DNA of 64,000 bases from Nitratifractor sp. (GTDB lineage: Bacteria; Campylobacterota; Campylobacteria; Campylobacterales; Sulfurovaceae). Position 1 is the stretch's first letter; every line of letters starts with the position of its first letter. Below the pieces are notes generated by a model. The model was given only the letters and a program-made list of their open reading frames with translations, ran no database searches and was not told the origin of the DNA. The translations under genes were made by a program, and so were the position numbers. Positions 1 to 8,518 of the stretch are shown piece by piece. The stretch covers positions 8,841-72,840 of the forward strand of contig WGFZ01000067.1 of assembly GCA_015491955.1 (NCBI GenBank), in the 5' to 3' direction.

Positions 1-108
1 TGCATCTTTTTTAACCAACTTATTAGCTGAGTTACCTGCCATTGATATGGAACTAGTTAGCATCAAAATTCCAAATAGCATCGTGATGCGTAATAGTAGC
101 TGTTTCAT
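1..108 (-). CDS. N-terminal part of a secreted protein (runs off the window start)
   Basis: GGAG SD at 117-120, ATG at 108; translates MKQLLLRITMLFGILMLTSSISMAGNSANKWLKKDA, signal-peptide-like, no stop before position 1. Confidence 0.6.
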   Translation of the reverse strand, partial: MKQLLLRITMLFGILMLTSSISMAGNSANKLVKKDA

Positions 109-140
109 CTTCATTACTCCTTTTTATCTTTGATTGTATT

Positions 141-911
141 TTAACGTACTTTTTGTTTAGTATATAACTCCGTTACTAAATTCATACTCTTTAGTATCTC
201 ATTAGATTTTTTATAAATCAAAGAAGGTACAAACATAGAATTTGAGCTATTTAATATATTAAAAAACATCATCTCCTTTTTTAACTTTAACAAAATTTTC
301 TTGATTTCAGGAGTATTTATATCAGATTCCATCAAAATATCTAAAGAATCACTATATAGCTTAACTGCTCTTTTTAGCTTATACTTAAATTCAGGATCAT
401 TAATACCCCACACTTTAATCATATAAAGTCCTGCAATTCTTTGACTTAACATTCTCTGACGACCTGAAATATTTATAATCTCTCCAGACTCTTTACCCGT
501 TTGCTTAGAAAAAAACTTAGTAGTCTTATCTGCTACTTTTAGTAACTTATCAAGCTTTCCTTCAAGCTCTATCACTTTATCTTTAGTAGGAGTCTCATTT
601 AGATACTTTTTAACCTCTTTCCAAAGATTACGTTCCTCCTCAAGGCTCTTTTTAGTATCAGCATCAGTAGCAAATTTACTTAAAGCATCTAAATGCTCTT
701 GAAAGGTTTTTATTACACTCTTTAAATCCTCTTTTGGATTACCAAATGTATTATTCATACCTATCATCGCATAATCTTTTAACATTCGTTGAGTTAGCAT
801 TCTTTGACGACCTGCTTCATTTACAGCTTGAGCAAGATTTTTAATCTCAAAAGCATAAGAAAAGCCTAGTAAAATAGAAAATACTAGTATAATTTGTTTA
901 ATAACTCTCAT
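141..911 (-). CDS. Periplasmic protein with tandem PilJ/NarX-type (nitrate/nitrite-sensing) domains
   Basis: Two P-box-like motifs NEAGRQRMLTQR and NISGRQRMLSQR; signal peptide MRVIKQIILVFSILLGFSYA; start moved from 974 to ATG 911 because of GGAGG SD at 921-925. Confidence 0.8.
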   Translation of the reverse strand: MRVIKQIILVFSILLGFSYAFEIKNLAQAVNEAGRQRMLTQRMLKDYAMIGMNNTFGNPKEDLKSVIKTFQEHLDALSKFATDADTKKSLEEERNLWKEVKKYLNETPTKDKVIELEGKLDKLLKVADKTTKFFSKQTGKESGEIINISGRQRMLSQRIAGLYMIKVWGINDPEFKYKLKRAVKLYSDSLDILMESDINTPEIKKILLKLKKEMMFFNILNSSNSMFVPSLIYKKSNEILKSMNLVTELYTKQKVR

Positions 912-1157
912 ATTCACACACCTCCATATTCTAATAATAATATATGTTCCCCATAGGACACCGCAATCAAACACTCCTTTTATCTTATATTCTAAATCTT
1001 CAAAATATCAAAAACTTCACATATATATTCCCCCCTTTTTTTGTTTATTTAATATTATATATTAATTTTATCAAAAAATAAAATTTATCTTATAATCTAC
1101 TTTTAAAATACTCTTTGTATATAATTGTATAATCAAAAATTTTAAAAAGGTCTTCTA

Positions 1158-2330
1158 ATGTTTTCAAGACGTATTGAGGCACTTTCGCCTTCTATGACTA
1201 TTGCTGTATCTACACTAGCTAGAGAGTTAAAAGCTCAAGGTAGAGATATTTTAAGCTTCTCTGCGGGAGAGCCTGATTTTGATACTCCTGAGAGAATCAA
1301 AGAGGTTGCAATTAATGCTATTGCAGAGGGATATACAAAATATACCTCTGTATCTGGTATCCCAGAACTACTTGATGCAATTTGTGAAAAGTTTAATCGA
1401 GAAAACTCTTTAGAGTATAAAAGGGAGCATATACTTGTAAGTAATGGAGCTAAACAGTCTCTTTTTAATATTACTCAAGCACTTATTGATGAAGGAGATG
1501 AAGTAATTATCCCTGCTCCATATTGGGTTACATATCCTGAATTAGTTAAATATGCAGGTGGTAAGGCAATTATTGTAGATACAGATGAGAGAAATGGATT
1601 TAAAATCTTACCTGCTCAACTAAAAGCTGCTATAACTCCTAAAACAAAAATATTAATCCTAACATCTCCATCTAATCCAACTGGCTCTGTATATAGTGAA
1701 AAAGAGCTTAGAGCTTTGGGGGAAGTTTTAGAGGGAACTGATATAAAAGTGGTAAGTGATGAGATGTATGAGAAGCTTATCTTTGAAGATACCAAATTTG
1801 TAGCTACTGCTTCAGTTAGTAAGGATTTATATAATAGAACTATTACTGTAAATGGTTTAAGTAAATCTGTAGCAATGACTGGTTGGAGAATGGGATATTT
1901 AGCTACTCCTGATGTAGAGCTTGTTAAAAAGATGACCTCTCTTCAATCTCAAAGTACCTCAAATATCAATACTCCTACACAATATGCCTCTATCCCTGCA
2001 CTTTTAGGTGAAGTTGATGATGATATTGAGACAATGAGAAGAGCCTTTGAGTCAAGAATGAATGAGGCTGTAAAACTATTTAATGATATTGATGGACTTA
2101 GTGTAATTAGACCACAAGGTGCCTTTTATCTATTTGTAAATATTAAAGATATTAGTAACAATTCTATGCACTTTTGCCAAGAGCTACTCAAAGAGTATGG
2201 TGTAGCTGTTGTTCCAGGAATTGGTTTTGGTATGGAGGGGTATTTTAGATTCTCTTATGCCTCTAATATGACTACTATCCGTGAAGGGATACGTAGAATA
2301 GAGAAGTTTGTTCAAGAGTTTAAAGCTTAA
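1158..2330 (+). CDS. aspB: PLP-dependent aspartate aminotransferase (class I)
   Basis: GEPDF, PSNPTG, SDEMY, SKSVAMTGWRMG motifs. Confidence 0.9.
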   Translation: MFSRRIEALSPSMTIAVSTLARELKAQGRDILSFSAGEPDFDTPERIKEVAINAIAEGYTKYTSVSGIPELLDAICEKFNRENSLEYKREHILVSNGAKQSLFNITQALIDEGDEVIIPAPYWVTYPELVKYAGGKAIIVDTDERNGFKILPAQLKAAITPKTKILILTSPSNPTGSVYSEKELRALGEVLEGTDIKVVSDEMYEKLIFEDTKFVATASVSKDLYNRTITVNGLSKSVAMTGWRMGYLATPDVELVKKMTSLQSQSTSNINTPTQYASIPALLGEVDDDIETMRRAFESRMNEAVKLFNDIDGLSVIRPQGAFYLFVNIKDISNNSMHFCQELLKEYGVAVVPGIGFGMEGYFRFSYASNMTTIREGIRRIEKFVQEFKA

Positions 2331-2794
2331 GAGAACCATCTTTGAGCGGTACTAGAGAAGTAGTAACTTCCTAGACCAATTACTATGCCCCAGACAATAG
2401 AGGCTAAAAGATTTAAAACAGTAAACTTTTTAAAATCGTATCGAGATAGTCCCATAACAATAGGGACAAGAGTCTTAACTCCATATATATATTTTTGTAG
2501 AAATACTACCCAATCACCATACTTTTTCATAAGTAAATTTGTATAGGCAATTTTCCTACGATGTTTTCTAAGATATTTAAGTACATCTTTTTTATTAATT
2601 TGTGTCATAAAAAATAGGAAATTATCTCCAAGAAAATTGCTTGTTGTTGCTACAAAAATTGAGATAGTAATATCCATTTTTCCTAGAGAGGATAAAACTC
2701 CCGCACCAATAAGCCCCAACATTCCACCACCAAAAGAGTAAAAAGCAAGGATAAGATAGCCATAGAGACTCAAATTATGGATAAGTTCATTCAC
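2327..2794 (-). CDS. DedA family membrane protein
   Basis: Hydrophobic 155 aa; GDNFLF, KYIYGVKT, LNLLASIVW DedA-type pattern. Confidence 0.85.
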   Translation of the reverse strand: MNELIHNLSLYGYLILAFYSFGGGMLGLIGAGVLSSLGKMDITISIFVATTSNFLGDNFLFFMTQINKKDVLKYLRKHRRKIAYTNLLMKKYGDWVVFLQKYIYGVKTLVPIVMGLSRYDFKKFTVLNLLASIVWGIVIGLGSYYFSSTAQRWFS

Positions 2795-2876
2795 TATAAA
2801 ACCTTAAGTAATAATTATAAAGCTAGGAGTATAACATTTTCAAGATATAATAGAGCAAAAAATATAGGAGCTAAAA

Positions 2877-4094
2877 GTGTCTAATAAAACTCTTATTATT
2901 GGTGCTGGTGGTGTTGGAAATGTTGTAGCCTTTAAGTGTGCTATGAATAGAGATACATTTGGAGAGATTACTCTAGCTAGTAGAACAGAGTCTAAATGTG
3001 ATTTGATTGCTAAAAATATAGATGAAAAAGTAGGGGTAAAAATTAATACTGCTATGGTTGATGCTGATATTATAGATGAGGTTGTTGAGTTAATTAAAAA
3101 GACAAAAGCTAATATTGTTATAAATGTTGCACTTCCATATCAAGATTTAACTATTATGGAGGCTTGTATAGCTACAGGAGTAGATTATCTTGATACTGCA
3201 AACTATGAGCATCCAGATACTGCAAAATTTGAGTATAAAGAGCAATGGGCAAAAGATGAAGAGTTTAAAAAAGCAGGGATTATGGGGCTTCTTGGAAGTG
3301 GTTTTGATCCAGGTGTTACAAATGTATTTATTGCCTATGCCCAAAAACACTACTTTGACACTATAAAAACTATAGATATTTTAGACTGTAATGCAGGAGA
3401 CCACGGATACCCTTTTGCTACTAACTTCAATCCTGAGATAAATATTCGTGAAGTAAACTCCAAAGGACGCTATTGGGAAAAGGGGGAATGGATAGAGACT
3501 AAGCCAATGGAGTTTAAGATGCTATGGGATTATCCTGAAGTAGGAGAAAAAGATAGTTACCTACTCTATCACGAAGAGGAGGAGTCAATAGTAAAAAATA
3601 TTAAAGGGCTTGAGAGGATTAGGTTTTGGATGACCTTTGGGCAGAGTTATCTTACACATTTAAAGGTACTTGAAAATGTAGGTCTTACTAGGATTGACCT
3701 AGTAGAGGTAGATGGGTGCGAAATAGTCCCTTTACATCTTCTAAAAGCTCTTCTTCCAGACCCTGCGACACTTGGTGAGAGGACAGAGGGTAAAACTAAT
3801 ATTGGAATAGTAGTACACGGATTAAAAGATAATAAAGAAAAAACTATATACATTTATCAAGTAAAAGATCATCAAGATTGCTATAAAGAGGTTTTAAGTC
3901 AAGGAGTAAGCTATACCACAGGAGTTCCTGCAATGATTGGAGCTAAATTGATACTAGAAAATCATTGGAGAGATTTAGGAGTACATAATATGGAAGAGTT
4001 TGACCCAGACCCATTTATGCAAGAGTTAAATACTCAAGGACTCCCTTGGAGTGTTATGGAACTTGATAATCCTATGGCTCTAAAGAGAGATTAA
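2877..4094 (+). CDS. Saccharopine dehydrogenase family protein, probably carboxy(nor)spermidine dehydrogenase
   Basis: GAGGVG, NVALPYQDL, YLDTANYE, GSGFDPG, ATNFNPEINIRE, VSYTTGVP; GTG start after GGAG. Confidence 0.9.
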   Translation: MSNKTLIIGAGGVGNVVAFKCAMNRDTFGEITLASRTESKCDLIAKNIDEKVGVKINTAMVDADIIDEVVELIKKTKANIVINVALPYQDLTIMEACIATGVDYLDTANYEHPDTAKFEYKEQWAKDEEFKKAGIMGLLGSGFDPGVTNVFIAYAQKHYFDTIKTIDILDCNAGDHGYPFATNFNPEINIREVNSKGRYWEKGEWIETKPMEFKMLWDYPEVGEKDSYLLYHEEEESIVKNIKGLERIRFWMTFGQSYLTHLKVLENVGLTRIDLVEVDGCEIVPLHLLKALLPDPATLGERTEGKTNIGIVVHGLKDNKEKTIYIYQVKDHQDCYKEVLSQGVSYTTGVPAMIGAKLILENHWRDLGVHNMEEFDPDPFMQELNTQGLPWSVMELDNPMALKRD

Positions 4095-4101
4095 TTCCTA
4101 T

Positions 4102-5040
4102 ATGAGAAGCTCTTCAAATCTAAATAAGATAGTTGATTTAAGTAGTGCTAAACTCTCTTTTATATACAACACAATAAAAAGAGAGCTTTTTAGTGCTAAT
4201 GTAGTTAGCTTTTTAATTATTGATCCAGATATCTGTGATGGGAAATATACAGGTGAAGAGCTTGTTATAGATGAGAAAAGATATATTTGTAGATCTTGGC
4301 GTGTATGGAGTGATTTGGCAAAAAAACTAAAATGCCGTTTGATGACTCCAAAAGTATATGATAAAACTCATCTTATTTTAACTCTAAAGAAGCTAGAAAA
4401 AAACCAAAGCTTTCATAGTGATAGTAAGTTAAAATATAACACACAAAGTAGATTTGCAAAGATTAAAAAGAGTGAAGAGCCATACTTTTATATCCCATAT
4501 ATTGAAGCCTTAAAGAGATTGAAGGTTGATAAAAAGAGTACTATTCTTGATTTAGGAATAAATCGTGCAGATGAACTAGAAGCGATCTTTGAATCTGGCT
4601 TTAAAGGTAATATTCTTGGAATAGATTTATGTGAAGATGCACTAAATGAAGCTAAAATGCGTTTTAAGGACTCTTTAGAGACTCTCGTAATTGATTTAAA
4701 TGATATGAATAGAGTTGCTCCACAAAGATTTGACCTAATTGTCTCTATTGCTACACTACAAAGCCCATCTATCAATCTCAAACCTCTTATTATGCACCTT
4801 GTGCAAGAGCGTTTAAATCCACAAGGCTCTATTTTACTTGCTTGGCCAAATTCTAGATGGATAGATGGAGAGCTTATATATGGGGCTAAGCCTAAAAATT
4901 ATCCATTTAGTGAACTCTCACTTGTAATTAAAGATCTTTTTTGGATTAAGAAATATCTCCAACAGCACCGTTTTCGTGTAGTTATAACAGGCAAAGAGTA
5001 TCTATTTTTAGAGGCAACAAAGATTATAAAAAAAGCTTAA
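4102..5040 (+). CDS. Class I SAM-dependent methyltransferase domain protein
   Basis: ILDLGIN motif I, LGIDL, FDLIVS motifs in the C-terminal half. Confidence 0.75.
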   Translation: MRSSSNLNKIVDLSSAKLSFIYNTIKRELFSANVVSFLIIDPDICDGKYTGEELVIDEKRYICRSWRVWSDLAKKLKCRLMTPKVYDKTHLILTLKKLEKNQSFHSDSKLKYNTQSRFAKIKKSEEPYFYIPYIEALKRLKVDKKSTILDLGINRADELEAIFESGFKGNILGIDLCEDALNEAKMRFKDSLETLVIDLNDMNRVAPQRFDLIVSIATLQSPSINLKPLIMHLVQERLNPQGSILLAWPNSRWIDGELIYGAKPKNYPFSELSLVIKDLFWIKKYLQQHRFRVVITGKEYLFLEATKIIKKA

Positions 5041-5098
5041 TGATTTGTTAGCAATATTTTTGCTATAGTCTAGCTTTAAAATATAAAAGGAGTTATTA

Positions 5099-5305
5099 AT
5101 GGCAATTGATGCTAAAAAGATGTTTAAAATCTGTCGTCCTTTCCGAATTATTTTAGGATTAGCTCTTATTGGTATAGGAGTATATACAGGAAATAAGTGG
5201 TTTTATTTAGGAGTTATTCCTTTTATTGCTGGATTGGTTGGTTTTTGTCCTGCTTGTGCGATTACAGGACAATGTACTATTACAGGCAAGGATAAAGAGG
5301 AGTGA
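5099..5305 (+). CDS. DUF2892 / YgaP-like small membrane protein
   Basis: RIILG...GLVGFCP motif, two TM helices, AAGGAG SD. Confidence 0.8.
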   Translation: MAIDAKKMFKICRPFRIILGLALIGIGVYTGNKWFYLGVIPFIAGLVGFCPACAITGQCTITGKDKEE

Positions 5306-5751
5306 GAACTCTCAAAATTTTTCTTGCTTGGTTAGTAGGTGGCTTACTTTTAATTCAACTTATACAAATAAAAGTTCCAACTCCACCAAAAGCAACTCCA
5401 AAAGATGAGATTCAAGCTCCTAAAGAGATTATGGGTATGTTAAAAGCCTCTTGTTATGATTGCCACTCAAACCATACAAATTGGCCTTGGTATAGTCATA
5501 TCGCTCCAATCTCTTGGGAAGTTCGCTCTCACGTTGCTGAGGGTAGAGCTTGGTTAAACTTCTCTATTTGGAACCAGTATGATGAGAAGAAAAAGCAAGA
5601 GCTTTACAAAGGGATTGCTAAATCTATAGATTGGAAAATGCCTCCAGTTGATTATATGTGGATACATAAAAATGCTAGATTAAGTCCTAAAGAGCGTAAA
5701 GCGATAAAAGATTGGGCAAATTCACATATAAAAGATACAAATAACTACTAA
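5302..5751 (+). CDS. Heme-binding domain (Haem_bd) monoheme cytochrome c
   Basis: SCYDCHS heme motif, WPWYS, LNFS.W, MPP..Y. Confidence 0.85.
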   Translation: MRTLKIFLAWLVGGLLLIQLIQIKVPTPPKATPKDEIQAPKEIMGMLKASCYDCHSNHTNWPWYSHIAPISWEVRSHVAEGRAWLNFSIWNQYDEKKKQELYKGIAKSIDWKMPPVDYMWIHKNARLSPKERKAIKDWANSHIKDTNNY

Positions 5752-5756
5752 TCGCC

Positions 5757-5772
5757 TCTCCCTTTTTGGGAG
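5757..5772 (+). terminator. Short hairpin, possible terminator
   Basis: CTCCC-ttttt-GGGAG inverted repeat just after the stop codon; U-tract weak. Confidence 0.4.
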
Positions 5773-5827
5773 TAATATCTTTTTACTTTACAATTCTGAC
5801 AAATTTTATCAACTTTAATTTTTTTTA

Positions 5828-5852
5828 TGATATACTACTTGATATAAATCAA
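5828..5852 (+). promoter_or_regulatory. Extended -10 promoter overlapped by a Crp/Fnr-type box
   Basis: TGaTATACT at 5828-5836; TTGAT-ATAA-ATCAA at 5839-5852. Confidence 0.55.
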
Positions 5853-5866
5853 GAAAAGGAGCTTAA

Positions 5867-6253
5867 ATGCCTAAAATTAACCGTTATGTAGATATTTCTA
5901 CTATTGATCGTGAAGCTAAAAAAGATTATATTGATAGACACTCTCCATTTGTTCATTGTGAAGGTGATGCTAAAAAGGGTGAACCTTTTAAAGTAAAAGT
6001 AAAAATGGGTAATGAGTATTGCCACCCTGATGATTTTGACCACTATATCGCTTATGTTCAACTTTGGGACGGTGAAACACTTCTTGCTCAAACTAATTGG
6101 CAACCAGGGGCTATGGGAAATGCTTGTGCTCACGCTGAAGTAGATTTTTATGTAGTTCCTACTAAGAGTAAAATGAAATTAACAGCTATGAGTTACTGTA
6201 CTAAGCACGGCTTATGGGAGAGTGATACTGTAGAAGTAGCTGTAGCTGAGTAG
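5867..6253 (+). CDS. Superoxide reductase-like protein (neelaredoxin / class II SORL, desulfoferrodoxin catalytic domain)
   Basis: Fe-ligand motifs RHSP, HPDDFDHYI, YCTKHGLW. Confidence 0.85.
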   Translation: MPKINRYVDISTIDREAKKDYIDRHSPFVHCEGDAKKGEPFKVKVKMGNEYCHPDDFDHYIAYVQLWDGETLLAQTNWQPGAMGNACAHAEVDFYVVPTKSKMKLTAMSYCTKHGLWESDTVEVAVAE

Positions 6254-6290
6254 TAAAAAGCCCTTCTTGGGGCAGATTTAGCCTTTTTAC
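6253..6290 (+). terminator. Probable intrinsic terminator
   Basis: GCCC-ttcttg-GGGC core; flanking GTAAAAAG / CTTTTTAC complementarity. Confidence 0.45.
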
Positions 6291-6321
6291 TTCTTTAAAA
6301 TCTTTATGCTATATTGTTCTT

Positions 6322-6984
6322 ATGAAAAAACTACACAATGCTCTGTTATTAAAACAAATCACTATACTTAAACAAATAGGTTATAGATATACCGATATTA
6401 AACTCTCAGACTTAGAATCTGAACCAATTCAACTTCCAAATGATATTGATAGCTTAAAAGAGATAGTAAATAGGTGTCATCTTTGCCAACTAAGTAAAAC
6501 TCGCCAAAATATAGTTTTTGGTGAAGGGGATACTCAAGCTAAACTTATGTTTATTGGTGAAGCTCCTGGAGAGATGGAAGATAGAATGGGAAGAGTATTT
6601 ATAGGTAGAGCTGGAGAGCTTCTTACAAAGATGATTGAAAATGTTTTAGAGTTAAAAAGAGAAGATGTATATATAGCAAATATTCTTAAATGTCGCCCTC
6701 CAAACAATAGAGTTCCTACTCCAACTGAAGCTATAAGTTGTCGCCCCTACATACTAAAGCAAATTAGCCTTATTCAACCTAAAATTATAGTAACCCTCGG
6801 AGCTACTGCCTACAACTATTTAAATAATGATAAAACTCCAATTAGTAAAATAAGAGGACATATCATTAAGCACCCAGAGTATATAATATTACCCACATTC
6901 CACCCAAGCTACCTACTAAGAAATCCATCTGCTAAGAGAGTAGTATTTGAAGATTTGTTAAAAGTAAAAGAGCTTTTAGACTAA
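6322..6984 (+). CDS. Uracil-DNA glycosylase, family 4 (Fe-S)
   Basis: CHLCQL, GEAPG, KCRPPNNR, TFHPSYLLRNP. Confidence 0.92.
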   Translation: MKKLHNALLLKQITILKQIGYRYTDIKLSDLESEPIQLPNDIDSLKEIVNRCHLCQLSKTRQNIVFGEGDTQAKLMFIGEAPGEMEDRMGRVFIGRAGELLTKMIENVLELKREDVYIANILKCRPPNNRVPTPTEAISCRPYILKQISLIQPKIIVTLGATAYNYLNNDKTPISKIRGHIIKHPEYIILPTFHPSYLLRNPSAKRVVFEDLLKVKELLD

Positions 6985-7018
6985 AAGAGTATGTTGTAAC
7001 TCTATAAGGATTTTTAAA

Positions 7019-8515
7019 ATGGCTAGAGATATATTTATTGTATATTTTTTGATACTATTAACCCTACCTATATTATCAGAAGATAATATTACAACTAATA
7101 GTGATAGTAATATTAGTAAAATAGTTGAAAAAGTAGCTCCAAAGAGTGATAATAATAGTACGAAAAATAGTCTATCTTGTGATATATCTCCTATAAATAC
7201 CCTTATACAAAAGAGTAAAATCCCATCAGCTTATAGACTCTCAAAGAGAATATATCAAAGATGTCCCGATTTAGAGCATCGACGTCTCTATGTAAAACTT
7301 GCCTTTTGGACTAAACATATCAATTTTGCTTTTTCTAATATTGATGCCTATAAGCCTAATGAGAAGATTTATAATCAAATCTATGGAGCTAAGATTATTA
7401 AAGAGTTGAAAGAGGGTAAAAATCCTAAAATTCCAAAATTCTTAGAAAAAGATTATGATATTTTAGCACTAAGAATTAATAGAGAGATTCGACTAAAGCA
7501 CTTTTATAAAGCTCATAGACTAAGCCAAAGACTATATGCACTCTATCATACAAAAGAGGCTCTTGAAGATGAGGCTAATATCCTTTTTTGGATGAAGCAT
7601 TACCATCAAAGTTTAAAACTTTTTAAAAGACTTGGAGATAAGGATAAAGTAAAACAAATCCGTCAAATAATTTTACAAGAGCGTGTATCTAAAGCTCATG
7701 ATGAGATTACAAAAGCTTGGAAAGTATCTGAAAAGAGACAGGCTAGATTGATATTTGAACACCTTGACAAAAGAGCAAAAGAGCTTTATAAAAAGGAGTA
7801 TCCACAAAGTGCTTGTGATGTAAGTAGTACTAGAATGATAGGCATTGGATTTGAGCATAGAGTACACAGCGATCACGCATATAGAGACCATAGCAACTAT
7901 TTAGAGTTTAATCTACCTATTAAACGCTATACTGTCTATGGAAAGGTACAAGAGACTAGTCGATACAATCAAAAAGATTCTCAACTCTATCTTGAAATTT
8001 ATCCACCAGCCTTTGGTGATGGATATTGGGGATATTTAGATTTATCTATTACTCCAAATGCACATTTTTATAGCGACTACTCTATAGGTAGTACTATATA
8101 TAGAGATGTTGGAAATGAAGAGTTCGGTTTTGGATATGAGTTTAGCCACTATCTTAAAGAAAATAGCCATCTTGTTCATATAGAAGATACTCACAATTTT
8201 ACAGATAATCTTGCTCTTCACGGTGTTGTTTACTATGAATTTATCTCTAAATCTTATGCCTTTGGATTAGATTTAGACTATAAGAGGGCTTGTCATAAGG
8301 AGATTAAACTTAGCTATCTATACTCTAACTCAAGAGAAAAACAAGACAATAGTGATATTTTACAAGAGAAAGCTCACCATTTTCAACTAGATTTTGAATA
8401 CCCTATTACAAAAAACAATATTACTCTTGGAGGTAATATATTTTTAGATAATGCAATAGGCAAGAATCAAAATAATAAAAGAGGAATAAATATATTTCTA
8501 AGAAAATATTGGTGA
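7019..8515 (+). CDS. TPR-like repeats + YaiO-family outer-membrane beta-barrel
   Basis: Signal peptide; helical region with KLAFW / NILFW TPR-like motifs; C-terminal ~230 aa of alternating aromatic beta-strands (SRYNQKDSQLYLEIYP...WGYL) ending in aromatic RKYW. Confidence 0.7.
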   Translation: MARDIFIVYFLILLTLPILSEDNITTNSDSNISKIVEKVAPKSDNNSTKNSLSCDISPINTLIQKSKIPSAYRLSKRIYQRCPDLEHRRLYVKLAFWTKHINFAFSNIDAYKPNEKIYNQIYGAKIIKELKEGKNPKIPKFLEKDYDILALRINREIRLKHFYKAHRLSQRLYALYHTKEALEDEANILFWMKHYHQSLKLFKRLGDKDKVKQIRQIILQERVSKAHDEITKAWKVSEKRQARLIFEHLDKRAKELYKKEYPQSACDVSSTRMIGIGFEHRVHSDHAYRDHSNYLEFNLPIKRYTVYGKVQETSRYNQKDSQLYLEIYPPAFGDGYWGYLDLSITPNAHFYSDYSIGSTIYRDVGNEEFGFGYEFSHYLKENSHLVHIEDTHNFTDNLALHGVVYYEFISKSYAFGLDLDYKRACHKEIKLSYLYSNSREKQDNSDILQEKAHHFQLDFEYPITKNNITLGGNIFLDNAIGKNQNNKRGINIFLRKYW

Positions 8516-8518
8516 TAT

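Noticed and set aside
912-974. N-terminal extension of the 141..974 ORF, and a possible short TTG-started leader ORF (MIAVSYGEHILLLEYGGV) ending just before ATG 911
   Set aside because: ATG 911 has the better SD and gives a clean signal peptide; the small ORF has only about 3 nt SD spacing and no other support
1029-1042. C and T homopolymer run; other 8-9 nt A/T runs in genes
   Set aside because: G/C runs are too short for typical phase variation and the A/T runs do not break reading frames
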